Assembly: GCA_964362535.1 (NCBI GenBank)
Contig: CAYIEN010000005.1
Span: forward strand, 1,320 to 65,319
DNA length: 64,000 nucleotides
Source: an uncultured Methanosarcinales archaeon
GTDB lineage: Archaea; Nanobdellota; Nanobdellia; Woesearchaeales; ARS49
Direction: 5' to 3'
Positions within the stretch are counted from its first letter, which is position 1; every line of letters begins with the position of its first letter. Below, piece by piece: positions 59,801 through 64,000 of this stretch. The position numbers were made by a program, and so were the translations under genes. The notes beneath the pieces were generated by a model, which worked only from the letters and a program-made list of their open reading frames with translations, did not search any database and was not told the origin of the DNA.

Positions 59801-61200
59801 CCGAGCGAGAATGTGTCGTTCAAGCTTCCAGTGGGCACAGGTGAGCCGCTGGAGAACGTGACGCTGGGTGAATACGTGAACGTGACTGTTGCGTTGGTGA
59901 CGGTTCCGCCGGTGACGCTCAAATAAACGGTGAAGCTGAGGGTCGATCCCGCGTCCACAGGGTCAGGCGAGGAGAGAACGGTTATGTTGATTGCAGGGGT
60001 GGCTTGCACAATGGGTCCGCTGTCTTCGACGCTGCCGAGAACAAACGCGCTGTTTGCAAGATTATACGGGTATTGCGCGCCGGTGTCTCCGTATTCGTTG
60101 CCGTTCGAGTCGGTGATGGACAGTCGCGAAATATCATCCCAGAAATTGCCAATCACGTCAGCAGTCTCGTTGAGGTCAAACTCATTGCTCGCGTCATCGG
60201 TGTTTGCGTGCGCTTGCGTTGAGTTGCGAATCCAGTTGCCGTAGACGTGGCTTATTGTCATGCCTGTTAGATTGATGGCGAGTGTGTTGTTGCTGATGGT
60301 GTTGTTGCGGATGGTTTGGTTGTGCGATGACGAAAGCGCTTCAATGGCAGTGGTGTGATTGTCAAATGTGTTGTTGTAAATGACGTTAATTATTGCAGAG
60401 GAAACGGCGGAAATACCGATACCATCCTTGTTTCTGTTGTTTATAGTGAGGTTGTTGAATGAAATAGTGTTGTGGTGTGCGTTGTTCAGCCAAATGCCAT
60501 ATCGGGTGTTGTTGGTGATGTTGTTATACGCGATAGAGTTATTCTGTGAGTTCAGCTGGATGCCTATGCCGCCGCAAGCAGTGGATGGCGAAATGTCGCA
60601 GGTGCGGTAACCGTTTTCAAAATATTGGCTGCTGTTGATGATGTTGTTCGTCATGGCGATGTTCATGTGCTGGCCCCATAACGAGTTGTTGTGGATGGTG
60701 TTGTTCGTGAATCTGCCGTTGCTGACGGTGAGCGTTGCGTAAATTCCTTTGTTGAAGTTTAAAATGTCGCAGTTCTTTACCGTGATGCCGCTCTGAGTAG
60801 TTATCGAAACTCCGTTGCCGGTTCCGTTGAATCCGATGAGTTTGAAGCCGTTGCAGTTGAGGGCAATGTTGCTTGCTCCGAAGGTGACGCAGTCTTCGTC
60901 TACGATAACCGCTTCTACGTCTGCGGTCAGCGTTGTGTCGACCATGATTGTTCCGGGGCACGGGTCTGCCGCGATGCCGAAGTCGCTTGTTTCAAAGTCG
61001 TCGCCTTCCATTCCCGTTATGCTTGTGAGTGTGCCGTTGGGTTCGAATACTTGGACGTCGAATATTTCTTCGGTGTTTGCTTGTGTGATGTCTGCGAGTA
61101 ATGCTCCGCTGGGCGAATGCGTGATGGAGAGTGTTGTTATGGTGAGTGCCAAAATGAAGAACGTGAGTGCTGCGTATCCGGAAAGTAAATTCTTTCTCAT
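56890..61200 (-). CDS. giant (1436-aa) surface protein
   Basis: ATG at 61200 (ATGA overlap with the upstream ORF) preferred over the track's GTG at 61215. Architecture in order:
- Beta-helix block.
- One DUF11 repeat, Gly8 hinge and Cys-rich modules.
- Embedded lipase-like alpha/beta-hydrolase domain (VFVHG...VIVGHSAGGL...IGTPTEGSP).
- C-terminal TMs and a Pro-rich/basic tail. Confidence 0.85.
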   Translation of the reverse strand: MRKNLLSGYAALTFFILALTITTLSITHSPSGALLADITQANTEEIFDVQVFEPNGTLTSITGMEGDDFETSDFGIAADPCPGTIMVDTTLTADVEAVIVDEDCVTFGASNIALNCNGFKLIGFNGTGNGVSITTQSGITVKNCDILNFNKGIYATLTVSNGRFTNNTIHNNSLWGQHMNIAMTNNIINSSQYFENGYRTCDISPSTACGGIGIQLNSQNNSIAYNNITNNTRYGIWLNNAHHNTISFNNLTINNRNKDGIGISAVSSAIINVIYNNTFDNHTTAIEALSSSHNQTIRNNTISNNTLAINLTGMTISHVYGNWIRNSTQAHANTDDASNEFDLNETADVIGNFWDDISRLSITDSNGNEYGDTGAQYPYNLANSAFVLGSVEDSGPIVQATPAINITVLSSPDPVDAGSTLSFTVYLSVTGGTVTNATVTFTYSPSVTFSSGSPVPTGSLNDTFSLGNLTVGSYTVNITTSVSGSASGTISSSANTTYFVSGTLTSTTDSVDTSITAAAAPPSGGGGGGGGCSDACTLGTGVCSAYGHYSCVKKSTCTTLEYDPCATGELCTGGTCVPCIESWTCDEWGPCLLGTQKRTCFDSVGCGTTTIRPALSKACELLPVIELPAPVVPIVYGELFAGTPVTCAVGTGGVSTSLSATTSTLDLTAAVPDGYIAVSSPFKLACAGEHVDITLGVSDSYSDYKVLKCAAGECQEITIEETSHIAIPCGDTTLGEETTKQETQKENVFLPTEIATFETSFAPLAPGNSILRQGPYSLEITGVAEARLSEPNSAIPSPTNPSLVILGNPLVIEIQSANGPLPATITMPAPTTSSIDKSTIGVYYFDGTSWHVLDSTLQDSGVITAHTTDLTALIKQGHIIFAVLGTTCNPCQGTAFDNVYSSPDTRTAVVFVHGAFSDASTFNSMIEDMKANHAPFDAWTFAYPPSKSLTEISNALADALLTRASQYDQFVIVGHSAGGLITQQAVWDAYTRGDDIHKIKKIILIGTPTEGSPAVQTIENMFDWLINQRTVAKIFNVHSDLIQASVTGKNVPRVPGIDYRVIAGIRPYGFNLDLFKDPDGNILKNDGLITVTSAQKVGDDHLDNACTDFYELNLTHTDLIDNDLGIRVTQRIIASESTPTEQARSGYTTYVSVPIENCNAADQYLVVGKLLRDEQRYDPSGCACGNGWCGEGEDSLNCPGDCADVFTFEALCVTKDFLAIILLIAALSIAATYLIKRWLHKTNIRIRWLYTGEAFVLFALALVLLLSGICADRPWTWVLILTGTGLVYVVLILLERKKPSAIAALIDAQRPATPIPTIPKFVMPRMPSVPMPKPAVKRPAVPIDIPPIRVPRASPQYQPKPFPSTIDSGHHDEAPHQDAHQKLEQADSALETLRRKFTQKIVPGKKSKLNANHAELRDELDDLNKELDALRRKLKK

Positions 61201-61478
61201 GAGGGCATCACCCACACACGCTTTGATTGCATGTTACATTTCCAGAATGTTAAGAATTCGCGGACGTTTTTTTCGTGCGCGTCAGAAACCAACAAAACCG
61301 CGCGACCGAGTTGTTCGATGTTCCACGCAACAACAACGCCAGATTTGCCGTCGCGGCCTTTCAATGCATAGTAAAATCGTACTTTGTCCGTCTTGGACAG
61401 GTGCTCTATAGAATAGGTGAAGATAACGCTAGCTACGGCAGAATCAGGTTGTTTGACTGAGACCTCTTTGTTACTCAC
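61197..61478 (-). CDS. small hypothetical protein translationally coupled to the 1436-aa gene
   Basis: 93 aa, GTG start. TTTATATA at 61509-61516. Stop overlaps the next ATG. Confidence 0.5.
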   Translation of the reverse strand: MSNKEVSVKQPDSAVASVIFTYSIEHLSKTDKVRFYYALKGRDGKSGVVVAWNIEQLGRAVLLVSDAHEKNVREFLTFWKCNMQSKRVWVMPS

Positions 61479-61598
61479 AACAATCAGTTAGTCTACTTAA
61501 CAAAGAGCTATATAAATGTTATGTTTATTACCCAAATAACATCTTATTTGAATTTAACTGATTTCGTTAATCTATTTAACCATCTTCTTTCTTACCGC

Positions 61599-61892
61599 CT
61601 ATCTGACTCGTTTCTTGCGCATGTGCTTACATTGGAGGCAGGCAAATACAACCATTCCATTCTTGGTTCGAATGCGAACGGTTTTTCCCGGATGCCAGTA
61701 TGCGTTGCATTCTTTGCAAAATCGGTACTTGAGTTCGGTAGGCAAAGGAAGTTTGAACTTCATTTGCAGTCGGCGGGCTTTGGTAACGTATCTTTTCGCG
61801 ACGGTCACGTCTTTGGTGTCGTGGGCTTTGATGAACAGTGCTTGAATTGTTTCTAGCGCTGCTTTTTTTTCGCCGAATTTACCCTTACCCAC
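61599..61892 (-). CDS. rnp4: RNase P protein component 4 (Rpp21/Rpr2)
   Basis: 97 aa. FCKECNAYWHPGKTVRIR...FACLQCKH zinc ribbon in the Rpr2 arrangement. Confidence 0.75.
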   Translation of the reverse strand: MGKGKFGEKKAALETIQALFIKAHDTKDVTVAKRYVTKARRLQMKFKLPLPTELKYRFCKECNAYWHPGKTVRIRTKNGMVVFACLQCKHMRKKRVR

Positions 61893-61953
61893 TCCTTTTC
61901 AGCACATGTTTACCTATATAATCGTTCCCGTATCACGCGAGAGTCATAACTGC

Positions 61954-63129
61954 TTAAACGCGTTTGAATTTGAGATAGTTTCGTTCCAAAGAAGCAATGC
62001 CGGGCAGAGTTTTACCCGCAAAGACATCTAAACTTGCGCCGCCACCGGTGGAAACGTGCGTGAATTTGTCAGCAAATGCTTTGACCGCGTCAGCCGTGTC
62101 TCCGCCACCTACAATGGTAATGGCTTTCGAATCTGCCAATGCATGAGCGATGGAAGTTGTTCCTTTAGAGAACTGTTTTTGTTCAAATAGTCCCATGGGT
62201 CCGTTCCAAATGACTGTTTGTGCTTTGGAAATAATAGCTGCGAATATGTTTGCGGTTTCGGGGCCGATATCGAGTCCCATTTCATTTTTCGGAATGGAAT
62301 CAATGGCAACAATGTGTCCTGCGCTTTTGGTGTCTTTCGCGATGACGCAATCAACAGGCAGTACGATTTTGCGGGACTTCAATAAATTCTTGGCAAAATC
62401 AAGTTTGTCCAGTTCGACTTTGCTTTTGCCGGTTTCGTTGCCGATTGATTTCAGGAATGTAAATGCCATTGCGCCGCCGACGAGAACGGCGTCGACTTTG
62501 GGCAACAAATTCTTGATAACATCAATCTTATCAGAAACTTTCGCGCCACCCAGTATTGCGATGAACGGATGTTTTGGATTATGCAAAGCTTTGTCCATTG
62601 TCTCAATTTCTTTTTGTAATTGAAATCCTGCTGCGCTGGGTAAATGTTCGGGAACGCCGACAATACTTGCGTGGTTGCGGTGCGAGACGCTGAATGCGTC
62701 GTTGACGTAGATGTGCGCGAGTTCAGATAAGGCCATTGCGAAGTGAGGGTCGTTTTGTTCTTCTTCGGGATAGAATCGCACGTTTTCGAGCAAACAGACT
62801 TCGCCCAAAGCCAATTCGTTAATTTTGTTTTCGACTTCGGAGCCGATAACGTCGTCGATTTTATAGATGGGAATTTTCATGAGTTCGTGCAATCGTTGTG
62901 CGAGGATGTCAGTTCTCCATTTGTCTTCGACTTTTTCCGGTCGTCCAAAGTGCGTCAAAAGAATTGTGATTGCTTTTTGTTTGCGCAAATACTGTATGGT
63001 GGGTATTGCGGTGCGGATGCGTGAGTCATCCGTTATGTTTCCTTTGTCATCGATGGGTACACTAAAATCCACGCGGACAAGTACTTTTTTATGAGCTACA
63101 TTGATGTCTTTGAGTGTGCGGAATACCAT
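61954..63129 (-). CDS. pgk: phosphoglycerate kinase
   Basis: 391 aa. VRVDFSVP, AILGGAKVSDKI, WNGPMGLFE, STGGGASL motifs. Confidence 0.95.
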   Translation of the reverse strand: MVFRTLKDINVAHKKVLVRVDFSVPIDDKGNITDDSRIRTAIPTIQYLRKQKAITILLTHFGRPEKVEDKWRTDILAQRLHELMKIPIYKIDDVIGSEVENKINELALGEVCLLENVRFYPEEEQNDPHFAMALSELAHIYVNDAFSVSHRNHASIVGVPEHLPSAAGFQLQKEIETMDKALHNPKHPFIAILGGAKVSDKIDVIKNLLPKVDAVLVGGAMAFTFLKSIGNETGKSKVELDKLDFAKNLLKSRKIVLPVDCVIAKDTKSAGHIVAIDSIPKNEMGLDIGPETANIFAAIISKAQTVIWNGPMGLFEQKQFSKGTTSIAHALADSKAITIVGGGDTADAVKAFADKFTHVSTGGGASLDVFAGKTLPGIASLERNYLKFKRV

Positions 63130-63217
63130 CTCTTTTCAGTAAATTGCAGTTAGAAAGTCTATAAAAATGTTCTGACTACACAAATACATAAAAAGCCTGA
63201 ATGAACAACAAACAATC

Positions 63218-64000
63218 ATGATTGAATTGGATGGCAGTCAGGGTGAGGGTGGCGGGCAGATGCTGAGAACAGCACTATCGTTGTCTGCTATTTCTGGTGA
63301 TGCGTTCCGTATCAAGAATATTCGTGCGGGTAGAGAAGACCCTGGACTCAAAGCACAGCATCTTGCGGCGATTAAGGCGGTGCAGAAGTTGTGTGGCGCG
63401 GTTGTTGACGGCGCCGAATTAGGTTCAACAGAAATAACATTTTATCCGAAGCTGTTGAAGGGTGCCGATGTCGCCATAGATATTGGGACGGCAGGAAGTA
63501 TCACTCTTGTCCTTCAAGCCGCAATTCTTCCAGCATTATTCGGGCTCAGAATTTCGCGTTTCTTAATTTCGGGCGGCACTGACGTTGCGTTTGCTCCCAC
63601 GATTGACTATTTTACGGAAGTGTTCGTTCCTCACATTAGAACGTGGTGCGCGAATATTGAAGTACGCGTTCTGAAGCGTGGCTATTTTCCTGTCGGTAAG
63701 GGGGTTGTGGAAGTTATTGTGCAACCCAAGATTTTCCGTGATGATTACGAGTCATTCACTCAATTTATGGCGATGTTGCAGGCGAGTGTTCCAAAGATTG
63801 ACTCTCTACAGCAAGGACATTTGGTCGTCATAAATGGTGTTTCACACGCATCAATGCAGGGTGTTGCCGAGCGACAAACAGAAACTGCGCAACATTTGCT
63901 TGCGAAAAAAGGCCGCACGCAGATTCGTTCGGAGATGGTGCGTTCTGTTTCTGAGGGGTCGGGCATGACATTGTGGGCGATGTTTTCGCTGCAGCAGGAT
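63218..64000 (+). CDS. rtcA: RNA 3'-terminal phosphate cyclase, 5' part (runs off the window)
   Basis: Own translation MIELDGSQGEGGGQMLRTALSLSAISGDAFRIKNIRAGREDPGLKAQHLAAIKA...GTAGSITLVLQA. Frame open to base 64000. Not in the track because it has no stop. Confidence 0.9.
   Translation, partial: MIELDGSQGEGGGQMLRTALSLSAISGDAFRIKNIRAGREDPGLKAQHLAAIKAVQKLCGAVVDGAELGSTEITFYPKLLKGADVAIDIGTAGSITLVLQAAILPALFGLRISRFLISGGTDVAFAPTIDYFTEVFVPHIRTWCANIEVRVLKRGYFPVGKGVVEVIVQPKIFRDDYESFTQFMAMLQASVPKIDSLQQGHLVVINGVSHASMQGVAERQTETAQHLLAKKGRTQIRSEMVRSVSEGSGMTLWAMFSLQQD

Noticed and set aside
57024-61411. Antisense and off-frame ORFs inside the 1436-aa gene, e.g. 58627-59166, 59120-59557 and 60815-61411.
   Set aside because: Same reasoning: they are shadow ORFs of a long, motif-rich coding frame.

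Overview
Gene-dense archaeal chromosomal segment. Archaeal markers: thermosome, Spt5, SecE/Sec61-gamma, RNase P Rpp21, archaeal-type GluRS, uL11, FtsZ plus a SepF-like protein, tRNAs without encoded CCA, and BRE/TATA promoters with many leaderless genes. A reduced, DPANN-like lifestyle is my inference only. All calls come from reading the sequence and recalling family motifs; no searches were run, and domain boundaries are approximate.

Housekeeping content:
- Non-oxidative pentose-phosphate cluster: rpiB, rpe and a split transketolase.
- Class II FBA coupled to a PfkB kinase, plus class I GAPDH, PGK, GyaR, GluRS, thermosome, Cmk, FKBP and ftsZ.
- secE, a radical-SAM gene, spt5 and rpl11, an NSUN methyltransferase, the start of RtcA, and two tandem tRNA-Ala genes.

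Accessory regions that stand out:
1. 46.7-61.5 kb: a translationally coupled four-gene operon. A 93-aa protein is followed by a 1436-aa and a 3121-aa beta-helix/DUF11 surface protein and then a membrane-anchored esterase. The 1436-aa protein carries an embedded lipase-like alpha/beta-hydrolase domain. Both giants share a Gly8 - cysteine-knot - multi-TM - basic-tail anchoring cassette.
2. 8.5-21.4 kb: an extracytoplasmic thiol/copper/lipoprotein island.
   - It holds Grx, CcdA, a bacterial-type Lgt and four lipobox proteins, one of them an orphan CuA-type cupredoxin.
   - It also holds a TumE/TumA-like pair, a C39-like peptidase, a triplicated CxxC protein and a degenerate thioredoxin-like protein.
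   - Two adjacent proteins end in LPxMVGGC-COOH.
   - A divergent BlaI/BlaR1-like pair sits next to duplicated inverted-repeat operators.
3. 37.6-42.1 kb: tandem PD-(D/E)xK-like paralogs plus a KaiC/RecA-like ATPase, then an AT-rich repeat region, then a coupled operon with a double-HTH protein and a transmembrane-anchored SepF-like protein.

Other observations: an in-frame TAG truncating a HAD hydrolase, C-terminal extensions on transketolase-C and uL11, and several sub-60-aa genes missing from the ORF track. No CRISPR array, rRNA or transposase/integrase was seen.
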